Shown here: piece after piece, positions 53,301 to 64,000 of the stretch
Layout of the letters: each line of letters starts with the position of its first letter
Position numbering within the stretch: the first letter of the stretch is position 1
From: Octopus vulgaris
Lineage: Eukaryota
Assembly (NCBI GenBank): GCA_951406725.2
Contig: OX597838.1
Location: forward strand, 15,500,001 to 15,564,000
Direction: 5' to 3'
Length of the DNA: 64,000 nucleotides
Notes under the pieces: model-generated
What the model saw: only the letters and a program-made list of their open reading frames with translations
Databases searched by the model: none
Told to the model about the DNA's origin: nothing
Made by a program: the position numbers and the translations under genes

Positions 53301-54943
53301 AAGGATTTTTTGCATGGGTGACTGCTGGTCTTCCATATAAACAACCTTACCCAGACTTGTACCTTGGAGGGTAACTTTGTAGCTGAAGGGGGTCTTTACT
53401 CCATTTGTTTTACTACATGAATATGCAACTTCATTTAATGTCCTGGCTTTGACAGTCAGTTGATCAATTAAGACTAAAGTGTTAATAGCAGTGAAAGAAA
53501 TAATTAGTAGGGAGGTATGATATGAAGAGATGGTGTTACTGGAGTGGAGCAAGTATTTCGTAGATCATGTAGTTGTGATAGATCCTAATAATCTATGTAA
53601 AAGTAATAGAATGTACTAGGACATATTGCTATAATAGCACTTGTTATAACATGTGGCTGGTGATAGAACCTTCTATAACATGTAGGTGTGACAGAATCAT
53701 CTATAATGCCAGTTAGTATAGAAATTCACACTACAGACATTCATTAACAGATGTTCACTGAACTACTGCAGCACATATGTACACATGCAGATTTACACCT
53801 ACAGGTGCACAATCAATCATGCAAATGCACTCACACACACACACTTGTAAATGCCTCCCTTCCTCCCATGAAAGAGTTTGGGCTGCAAAATTTGGTGCAA
53901 TACCAGATTCATTTAGAGACATTGAAATAAAAATCGTACAGTCAACCAGTTTCACTAACTTAAACCCCTTCTAATGTTCAACGGTTGTGAGGTTATGATT
54001 CAGGGTTATTGACCTGACCACTTGATTACTAGATCAGATCTTACTGTTGTCTTTGAGTTCTACCTGCTCTGAACATGACACCTAGCACTGTTTACTCCAG
54101 TTTATGTGGAGAAGGGCCAGAGACAAATGTTCTACTTTATCTTAGTCATGTTGTTAGTGTTAGGATAAGGCATCCAGCCAGCTACAAAAACAATTTACTT
54201 CACAGGTAATCCAACCCACCCTTCTAACTGCAAGCTCGAGTAAAACGATGTGAAATAATTATGTGATCCTCAAGCCAACAAACAAACAAACCACCCCTCC
54301 ACTGTGTTCTTACTAAGGCATGTTTCCATGGAAAAGTTACTTTTTTTTAAACTTAAATTGTCTATCACAATTTGGGACAACAGTGTCAATAGGTGTAGGT
54401 TTCAAATGGATCAATCACTGGCTAACTGCATTTGTAATGGGGGCTGGGGTGGGGGGTTAGGGGTTAGGGGGACAAAGGAACATCTGTAACAGGGTGAACT
54501 TTGTTTGGAGAGCACCTATTTATTGCCTGTGTTAATCTCCTTTACCTTAACCAATGAAAAGACAAGAACAAAATCTCTTTGCAATAACAAAAAAAAAAAA
54601 AATGAAAATCATATATCAGTCACTCAAAGTGAGTGTGGTAGCTTGTAGCATTGCTTTTACTAGTATTACTGGTGTCTATGTATTCAAAGTGAGACATAGT
54701 TGTCCTCTTTGTCTTCCTACTTTTGAACCAGCAGAACTTTGAGTATTTCATGACTGGTTGGAGGGAGATGATGCATCAGGATTCAGCTGGTACCAGTTAT
54801 CTGCTGAGTAGATTTGGAGCAGCATGAAATAAAATGCCCTGCTCAAGGATACACTATGCACTTATTGGTTCAGAAAAAGAGCCCACGACCTTATGATTGA
54901 GAGCCTGAAACTCTAACCACTAGTCCACGTGCCTTCACCATGA

Positions 54944-55016
<73 letters not shown>

Positions 55017-55187
55017 CTTCTGCACAATTTCTGTCTCTAAAATTCTACTCACAAAGTATTAGTCAGTCTGAGAGGATGTACTCTTCCTTTCTGATAAAGG
55101 TAATGGTGAGATTTGAAGGAAATTTGACTGTAGTAGGTCAAACAACCATGTAGAAGCTCATTCATTAGCTTGTTAATTAGGGGAGTG

Positions 55188-55274
<87 letters not shown>

Positions 55275-55275
55275 A

Positions 55276-55508
55276 GGTGGCGAGCTGGCGGAAATGTTAG
55301 CACGCTGGGCGAAATACGTAGCCGTATTTCGTCTGCTGTTATGTTCTGAGTTCAAATTCCGCCGAGGTCGACTTTGCCTTTCATCCTTTCGGGGGTCGAT
55401 TAAATAAGTACCAGTTACGCACTGGGGTTGATATAATCGACTTAATCTGTTTGTCTGTCCTTGTTTGTCCTCTCTGTGTTTAGCACCTTGTGGGTAGTAA
55501 AGAAATAG
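55276..55508 (+). mobile_element. SINE family A, full length
   Basis: High similarity to 5799-6025. Confidence 0.88.
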
Positions 55509-56501
55509 ATATATATTAACTAGTTGTAGCAGCTAGTGTTGGCTAGGGCAAGCGTTAGCTAAGGTAAGGAATTTGCTAGAACAAATGTTTGCTAGGAGAG
55601 ATGTTAGCTTGAACATGTTTGTTGGTTAGGGCATGTATCAGTTAAACAAGGTGTTAGCTAGGCTAGGTGTTAGTTAAGGATGTGCAAAGGAGTGTTTTTT
55701 TCTTTTGTGTGTGTGTGTGATTGTCCAGTGGTATACGTTTTCAAAATAATTATTCTGCACAAAGTTGGTATTATTTGCCCTGCTCCCATCCCTATCTGCT
55801 CCACCCCATATTGTTGTTATTTGGTTATTCTGATCCATTTTTTTTATTCATCAGCCAATAACCAACTCCAATTCTTCTCCTCTCCCATCCAGTTATATTA
55901 CTCTGTACATGCAACAGTTTGCTGAGCCTTTCCTCTATTGTTAATCTGAGTTTCCCTATTACTTTGTATGCTGTAGAATGTGATATAACAGAAAACTCAG
56001 AGGGGCAACAGAGTAAAAGCCTCAGCTTATATATATATATATATAAATTGTTGCATGAAGCAGCATTGAAGGAAATATATTTGTGTAAAGTCATGTTCAA
56101 CATGTTTGAGTGAAGCAACACTGAAACGTGTGTCCTACAATCCAGTGATGTCATTCACTGTCATGTCCATCTTGTGTTTTCAAATGTCTTAAAGGAGAAT
56201 TTTCTCTCAGGACTATCTCCACAGTGGAAGGTCTTTTCACATCCAAGTACACTCGACTCGAATGTGCTGGATATGACTTTACACATGTAATCATAATAAG
56301 TTCCAAGTCCTTTCTTTTCTTGCCATATGGTTCCTTTTGAAAACCTGACCCTGGTCCCAGTACCCGTGTGTCCAGCCCTTCCTCCCATGTGACACCTGTG
56401 CAGCAGTTTTCTTTATATCTTATTTTAATCTCTAACATGCCACTTCTGTCTGTCTGTATGTCTCTCTGTCTGTATGTCTGTGTGTATTGTTGTTACAATA
56501 G

Positions 56502-56609
56502 AGAAGAAAGACCTGTCACCTACGGAGGATTGGGCCGTCGATCAGCAGCTTATATCCAAGTTGAAGGAGCAGTATAAGAAAGAGTGCAAGGGCAAAAAGG
56601 GAAGTCAAA
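56502..56609 (+). CDS. STRN3: Striatin exon: (E)KKDLSPTEDWAVDQQLISKLKEQYKKECKGKKGSQ
   Basis: aatag acceptor, gtgagt donor; 108 nt, phase 1 to 1; W.VDQ..ISKLKEQYKKE.KGKKG striatin motif. Confidence 0.93.
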
Positions 56610-56872
56610 GTGAGTGAACTAGTGTCCTCTTGCTTCATTCAACCTCTCGCTCTCACTCTCGCTCATGCTCAACCTCTCACTCATGCTCAGCCACTCTCGC
56701 TCACTATCTCTTTCTCGTTTTGTTTATTTCTCTACCTCCCAGTTATCCATCGTGTCCACCCTAACCACATTTTTTTTTTATCATTCCACCTTAACTTACT
56801 TCCTCCTCCACCACCACCACCACCACCTTTTTTTCCCCTTCACCCTGGAAGTAGGAGTGATTTTATTGCTTT

Positions 56873-56913
<41 letters not shown>

Positions 56914-56914
<1 letters not shown>

Positions 56915-57036
56915 TTTATTTAAAGCAGCAGAAAATTCAACAAAATCTGTTACTCTGAGTTTCTTGTTGCCATTCATCGGCAACGAGAAACTCAGAGTAA
57001 CAGATTTTGTTGAATTTTCTGCTGCTTTAAATAAAG
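56914..57036. repeat. 58-bp near-perfect inverted repeat with 7-nt loop
   Basis: Arms 56914-56971 and 56979-57036, one mismatch (a U-G pair in sense RNA). Confidence 0.95.
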
Positions 57037-57108
57037 CATATTACTCTACCACTGGTGTTTGAGTACTCTTTTTTCCACCTTGTTTCACATTTATGTGTTT
57101 ACTCCGGT

Positions 57109-57153
<45 letters not shown>

Positions 57154-57200
57154 TACAGAAATACAGAGTAACTATGACTTAGTTTCGTGAGTTATGGCTT

Positions 57201-57250
57201 GTCAATATCTGATGAGCTGTTACTGGTGAAACTCTGAAGTCACACTTGCC
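57201..57250 (+). ncRNA. Degenerate minimal hammerhead ribozyme-like motif
   Basis: CTGATGA-gctg-ttac-tggt-GAAA-ctctgaa-GTC; intact core, wobble-rich stems. Confidence 0.5.
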
Positions 57251-58124
57251 CCATATTAAACATTTAGACTCTAATATTAAGACTTTTTAAAAACTTTCCA
57301 GTCTGTGTTATTTGCTTTCAGTTTACTTAAAAACACTTTTTATATATCAAACAGTCACACCACACACTCATACTAATATGATTGTGTGTGTATTTACAAT
57401 GTATACTATACATATGTCCATACACACACACACACACACACACAGAGGAGAAAAGAAAACAGTTTTTTTTTTTATGAATTTCATTAATTTTTTTTCCACA
57501 TTATTTTTTTTTCTTTAATTATTATTAATTGATATCATCATCATCATCACCTTGCAAATAATAATAATCATCATGTTGTGCTTTATTTTGGTTCCTTGAC
57601 CAAAAGAAGTGTAACTGACAAATGTCAACTCTCTTTCTCTCTCTCTATCTTTGTCTGTCTGTCTCTCCCACCCCACCTAGTGTAAGATTTTACCTCGTTC
57701 ATACTAGAATGAGGTGATGGTCAGATGTCAGTGTAACAACTACTGGTCAATATATTGGTGGATAAGGCGGCAAGCTGGCAGAATCATGAGCATGCCAGGC
57801 AAAATGTCTTTCAAAATTTCGTCTATGTCAATGGGTAGAAGATGGCCAGCTGGCGGAATTGTTAGCACATTGGGCAAAGTGCTTTGTGGAATACCATCCA
57901 TCTCTACGTCCTGTGTTCAAATACTGCTGAAGTCAACTTTACCTTTCATCCTTTCGAATTTGATAAAATAAGTACCAGTTGAGTACTGGGGTCAAGGTAA
58001 TTGACTTATCCCCTCACCCCCAACTTGCTGGCCTGGTGCCAAAATTTGAAACTAATAAATTGGTTGTACCAACCAATATGTTTGCTTGCTTGATTGAATT
58101 TCCCCTCTTACAGAAGTATAACAA

Positions 58125-58440
58125 GTCATCACTGTCGCTTTTGTCATTGTCATCGTTTTTGTGTCAATATCATTGTCACCATTACGGCAGCATCGTTGTT
58201 CCCTTCCCCACCTGTCATTGTAGTCGTTGTCATCATCACAAGGCATTGTAATTGTCATCATAGCATCATAGTCACATTAGCAGCATCATGGTTCCCTTCT
58301 TCACCTGTCATTGTCGTCATCATCATCATCATCATTGTAATTGCCATTGTAGCATCATGGTCAATATTGACAGCATCATTGTTTCCTTCCCTCAACTGTC
58401 ATCATCGGTCATTTTAACTGTCATTATAACGGTCACTAGT
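58125..58440. repeat. Degenerate ~90-bp tandem repeat rich in CAT/TGT
   Basis: cagcatc.t.gttcccttc..cacctgtcat recurs three times. Confidence 0.6.
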
Positions 58441-59233
58441 CAGATATTGGTACCTCTCATGGTTGGCCTATTTGCTGGAAATACCAACCAAATTTTTTTT
58501 TCAAATTCCACCTCACCTAGCTTTTAATATTAAAAAAAAACAACAAAAAAACAAAGATGCAGCCTTGGATATTGGTATACATTATGCCTGAATAAGATGG
58601 CATAGTCATAGCTAGAGAATGCTTTTGATTACAAGTCAGCTCAACGTTGTGATCTGATCTGGAACTAGGCAACATTCTCCTCATCCTAATCATCATCATG
58701 CCTAAGATCCATAAATATAATAACTGATTAAATCTGGAGTTGTCTCTCTTCTCAATTCTGAGCTCAGATTTTCTTTCAGTGAAATAAGTACCCATGGTGT
58801 GTGTGTGTGTGTTTGTTTGTTTGTTTATTGTATGTTTACTTGTTTATAATGATTGTTTGAAAAACAAATAGCCCTGACACACTAATAGTTCTTTAATTCT
58901 GTGCTTCACTATTGCAGTCCATGGTTGATTTCAGCAATAGATGAGGTTTACTTTGGGAAATGATTGCTAACTTCTTGTACAGTTGCTGTTTTCGATTTCT
59001 GGAGAATGAATGGGATGCAGGAATTGATCCTTCATGGACCTTTTCACAGTACAACACATTTGAATGTGGTTGAGAGAAAACTCAAGAGAATCAACCCCTT
59101 TGCTTACTGATCCCTCACTGTAAGCTAACCATAACAAAATTTGCACTGGTTGCAGAGAGTCAGAATACTACAGGGTATCCTATCCTACACACCAATGACC
59201 TTACCTTACTACATACATATACAGGCTTCTTTC

Positions 59234-59618
59234 GTGGAGGCGCAATGGCCCAGTGGTTAGGGCAGCGGACTCGCGGTCGTAGGATCGCGGTTTCGGTTCC
59301 CAGACCGGGCGTTGTGAGTGTTTATTGAGCGAAAACACCTAAAGCTCCACGAGGCTCCTGCAGGGATGGTGGTGATCCCTGCTGTACTTTTTCACCACAA
59401 CTTTCTCTCACTCTTACTTCCTGTTTCTGTTGTACCTGTATTTCAAAGGGCCGGCCTTGTCACTCTCTGTGTCACGCTAAATATCCCCGAGAACTACGTT
59501 AAGGGTACACGTGTCTGTGGAGTGCTCAGCCACTTACACGTTAATTTCACGAGCAGGCTGTTCCGTTGATCGGATCAACTGGAACCCTCATCGTTGTAAC
59601 CGACGGAGTGCTTCCAAC
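59234..59618 (+). mobile_element. SINE family C with 13-bp TSD, inserted in a family B copy
   Basis: TSD acaggcttctttc at 59221-59233 and 59619-59631. Confidence 0.9.
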
Positions 59619-60478
59619 ACAGGCTTCTTTCAGGTTCTGTCTGCTAAATGCACTCACAAGGCCCTGGTTAACCTGAGGCTATATAGTAAAAGACATTTGC
59701 CCAAGGTGCCATACAGTGAGGCTGAACTCGGAACCATGTGGTTGGGAGGCTATCTTACCTTGCTGCCTTTTCTGGCACACTAATTGGAAGCAAATCATTG
59801 TTATCATTGTCATTTGTGATCGCTGTCTTATTGCTGTTGCCATTGCAACCATCATAATCACCACCATCATCATAACCACCACCACCACCATCATAACCAC
59901 CACCACCACCACCACCATCATCATAACTGAAACAGTGGTTGCATGCCTGATTACAACATTCAGTTTCTCATTTACTTGTTTAACAAGTTTGTTTAAGCTT
60001 TGTTGGTGTAACCTCCTAGTTTGTCCTGCTGTGGGTTCTTCAGTCACATATGTAATCACTAGCATGCTGCTGTTGATGATTGATCTTTGCTATCTCCATC
60101 CATTTCTCCTTTACCTCCCTAATTAACTCAAGTCACCATCATTGTCAACAATACCACCACCACTACAGTCACCATAAAACTTTCGTCAACATCACAGTTT
60201 TATTATTGATTTCTTCAAAAAAAATATATCTGTTGTTGTCATCATCGTCATCATCATCATCATCATCATCATCACTACCAGCATCATCATGCCTAGCATA
60301 TTCAGCTTGTTGCTGGACGTATCATTAATGTACCAGCTGTTCGCTTCTCATGAACTAAGGTGGTATGTTCTGTTTGAGTCTCAAGGACATTGTGGAGACT
60401 CTTTGCAATGCCAAGTAACACTGCTTTCTGGATATGCTCTATTTTCATTTGTCTATTTTCATTTGTATGCCTACTTTG

Positions 60479-60530
<52 letters not shown>

Positions 60531-60799
60531 CATGGTAGAATCGTTAAATATCATCAGGTAAATACCTTGTATTTCTTTTGTCTCTTTCTGAGATTAAAGC
60601 TGGTCAAGGTAAAATTTATTCCTTTCATTCTTACAGGGTTAATAAAATAGATTACCTGTCAACAACTCTCTTCTCCACAAAAATCGGTGGCCTTGTGCTT
60701 AAATTAGAAACTATTATTATTGTTGTTCAGTTTAGTTTAAATCCAGTTTTTATTACTCTGAGCGGAGTTCAAGGTGTTTTGTTTCAATTTCCTCAATTG

Positions 60800-61100
60800 C
60801 AGGCATGGCTGTGTGGTAAGAGGCTTGCTTCCCAACCATATGGTACCAGGTTCAGTTCCACTGTGTGGCACCTTGGGCAAGCATCTTTTACTACACTTTT
60901 AGGTCAACCAAAGCCTTGTTAGTGGATTTGGTGAATGGGACTGAAAAAAGCCTGTTGCGTGCATGCTTGTCCTCCACCGTTTGACAACCAATTTAGCAAG
61001 AGAGACCAATACTGGGCTTCAAAAAAGTATTGGGGTGAATTCCATTTGACTACATTCTTGAAAGCAGTGCCCCAGCATGGCCACTGAAAGATAAATAACA
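60800..61100 (+). mobile_element. SINE family B, degenerate
   Basis: Similarity to 32557-32978 with internal deletions. Confidence 0.72.
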
Positions 61101-61188
61101 TAAAAGTGGGCAGGGGGCCAAGAATAGGAAAGAAACTTCTGGAGAGCTGATTAAAATCACCTGTATTACTCATTCCCATATATATATA

Positions 61189-61466
61189 TGGCCCAGTGGT
61201 TAGGGCAGCGGACTCGCGGTCGTAGGATCGCGGTTTCGATTCTCAGACCGAGCGTTGTGAATGTTTATTGAGCGAAAACACCTAAAAGCTCCACGATGCT
61301 CCGGCAGGAGGTGATGATCCCTGCTGTACTCTTTCACCACTCTTTCTCCTATTCTTTCTTCTGTTAGCCTGCTCGCGTCATTCGAAGGCTAAAACAATGC
61401 GAACGCATTGTGACCAGCGATGTGTAACTACATCTGATGGACTGGTCGGTCACGTGATCACGTGAT
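61189..61466 (+). mobile_element. SINE family C head with a different 3' tail
   Basis: First ~165 nt match 1788/59234 copies, then an unrelated tail ending cacgtgatcacgtga; flanked by TA tracts. Confidence 0.8.
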
Positions 61467-61878
61467 ATATATATATATATATATATATGCATATATATGA
61501 ATACTAAAGGGTTAATTTTCATTAGCACAAAATTTTTTAACACAACTTCCAAACCAAATACAGTTTTCCTGCCCCATCCCTCCAATACTTAATTGGTACT
61601 TCATTTTATTAACTCCTGTGGGATTTGAACTCAGAACTTAAAGGACATAACTAAATACCATAAGGTATTATTTTTGTTTCTGCCACCGTATCATTTCTAT
61701 CACTTTGCTGCCTTCAAGTGCAAAGATTGTTCATATATTTAACCCCAAATTTTGGCACTGTGTGCTGAAGCTAGAAAAGAGTTATTATATCAAAACAAGT
61801 TTCACTTCTCCTTTTCCATTTTCCCTTTTTCTCCTTGACCCCTCACTTTCCCTTTTTTGATATGAAACCAAATCAGAC

Positions 61879-61933
<55 letters not shown>

Positions 61934-61953
61934 CTTTTTAGAAACTTCGAGAG

Positions 61954-62200
61954 ATGTGAAATAAATTGTTTTAACAGTGGAACTCAAAGTAGATCTATAA
62001 ATAATAGCGTGTAGGATATTGGGTTAAAAAATCCCTTGGAGTCAAAGGCTGCCCTAGATCTGTCATGACCACAGATGTAGTTTCAGGTCCCACGGGATTT
62101 TGACTTTTGTGTCCAAAGAGATTTTAACCAATATTCTACATGCTATTATTTATAGCTTTATCTAGTTTGAGTTCCACTGTTAAAACAATTTATTTTACAT
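61954..62200. repeat. Imperfect inverted repeat, ~88-bp arms
   Basis: 61954-62040 pairs with 62112-62200 with few mismatches and small indels. Confidence 0.88.
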
Positions 62201-62231
62201 ATATATACATACATACATACATACATATATA

Positions 62232-62371
62232 AAAATTTAAAGGACTGACCACTAAAAGTGGATGGTCAACATGCTAGATATAGATGTCAAAATCGCTATT
62301 TTCCACAAAGAATGTGTGTCTATATCTAGCATGTTGACTGTCCACTTTTAGTGGTCAGTCCTTTAAATTTT
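62232..62371. repeat. Inverted repeat, 53-bp arms
   Basis: 62232-62284 pairs with 62319-62371, two mismatches; element homologous to ~23990-24180. Confidence 0.9.
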
Positions 62372-62461
62372 GTATGTAAAAAATATTTTTAACCTTCGGA
62401 TTTTTTTAAATATGCTAGGCCACTGGTTTTAATTGATTAATATCAATTTCTACCCTTATTC

Positions 62462-62501
<40 letters not shown>

Positions 62502-63529
62502 GGTTGGGTGTACAAATGGGAGAGAAAGAAGTACTCAATACATGTAGTGGTGTATTTATTTGTTTGAATTTGAAGATACATTTCACTCTGTTGCTTCTCT
62601 GAATGTCCTACTCTCTCGTCTGTGCCAAAAGTGGCTGCTCTTCTTTTTCCGTTTCTTTCTCTACCCCCCATTCTTTGCTACATTACATTACTGGGTCGAA
62701 CGCAAGAACAAGAAGAGAAAACTTCGAGAGTAGCAACGAAGTGTGTCTTCAGTTTCAAACAATATGTGTGTGTGTGTGTGTGTGTGGTGTGGTGTTTGAT
62801 CTTTCGCTGTTTCCCCCCCACATTTTTCCATGTATGGTGCTGGTGTCATTAGCTGCATGTCATCTAACATAAACTTGGCTGCTGCTTCGTTAATTTCCCT
62901 CTGCTCCGTTACCTCCCATTTGCACCACCCACCCACCCACCCTGCCTTCTATTTTGTAGTCTGCATGCTGCTAGCCACTGCTTCATTAATGTGTACATGC
63001 TTTATTACAGTTGCTGTTGCAATTCTGTTCCAAATTTGTGCAGTTTTGCAAAAAGAAAAAAAAAGAAAATCCTGCAGAAAAGAAACATTTTTATTTGATT
63101 ATCAAAAGCTTTTGTACATATATGTATATATGCTTGTGTATATACACACACTCATAAATATATGCATATATGCATTTATAAATATATATGAAAAATGTGT
63201 ATGTTTATACATGATGATAATGATTTCCGTGACTAATTATATAATTGTAATTTGCTTTAATTAGTACTGTTTTGGTATTTTAGGTGTTTATTGTTTAATT
63301 AATCTTTAATTGCTTACTAATTTTAGGGTTGGTTAAAACAGTTATTCCCTTCATCCCTTTTGAGACCTTCTGCCTCTGTTACAAGTCATTATTACTATAA
63401 TTAATCGTTTTCCTGTCGAGTGTCAAAATCATTGCAACATGAGATCTAATGTTTCTTGGTATAGAATTTCAGCTGTTTTGTTCTAAATTCACACCTCTGG
63501 CAAACTTTAACCTGCCTCCCCTTTCTCTT

Positions 63530-64000
63530 TTTCTATGAGTGTTGATAGAATAAGTACCAGCTGCGTACTGGAGTTTATGAAATTAATTATATGTCTCCCT
63601 CCATGGCTGCTTGTAAGTTCTGTGTCTCCTCTATGGCAGTACATACTTAGTTTAAATACACCAAGATTGGCTTTGTCCGTTTCATTCCTTTCAGGGTCAA
63701 TAAAATAAATTACTTAGTCAATTACTGGAGTTGCTTTAATTGACTAACCCCTCCCCTCAAAATTGCTGGCCTTGTGCTGAAATCAGAAAAAATTATGAGG
63801 TGACAATGGTGAGCTAGCAGAAGTGATTAGAATGTGGACAAAATGATTTGTAATACTTGTTCTGTCTCTTTATGTTCTGAGTTCAAGTTCTGCTGAAGTC
63901 AACTTTGGCTGTCATCCCTCTGGGTGTCAATAAAATAAAGTACCAGTCAAGTACTGAGGTCAATATAATCAATTAACCTCTTTCACACTAAAATTGTTGG
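63530..64000 (+). mobile_element. Cluster of old family A SINE fragments
   Basis: Repeated aataagtaccag / ctgagttcaa / tcatccct motifs. Confidence 0.65.

Noticed and set aside
54445-54472. Telomere-like ttagggg repeats
   Set aside because: Only two imperfect units.
58930-59075. Peptide NR*GLLWEMIANF resembling the next expected striatin exon
   Set aside because: In-frame stop and no acceptor in the required phase; probably coincidence.
62620-62745. Pyrimidine tract followed by purine-rich exon-like sequence
   Set aside because: Candidate exon lengths are not frame-preserving and show no striatin similarity.

Overview
AT-rich, microsatellite- and repeat-dense animal genomic DNA, most likely an octopus (coleoid cephalopod) judging from the SINE families, which I recognise from memory and have not checked by search. 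The whole window lies inside one + strand gene: a striatin-family STRIPAK scaffold (STRN/STRN3/Cka-like). Seven short exons (6285-6367, 22498-22573, 25994-26170, 34123-34254, 36258-36330, 40498-40645, 56502-56609) have GT-AG boundaries and compatible phases and splice into one open frame; the ORF track does not show this protein. The first coding exons and the WD40 exons lie outside the window. There is also a probable extra 48-nt in-frame cassette exon (38976-39023) and a possible stop-introducing acceptor (57681). Introns hold at least four SINE-like families, RTE and CR1 LINE 3' remnants, TTAA (piggyBac-type), hAT and Tc1/mariner MITEs, a small Helitron-like element and minisatellites. The most unusual signal is a set of short non-coding elements, mostly embedded in or next to (TA)n tracts. 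They carry minimal type-I hammerhead-ribozyme-like motifs (18371, 24985, 49980, 56947, 57201, and a half motif at 62067) and fold-back inverted repeats, two of which have junctions inside the ribozyme motif. This fits Penelope-like retroelement terminal-repeat remnants or retrozyme-like elements. Nearly all ORFs in the supplied track are microsatellite or SINE artefacts.
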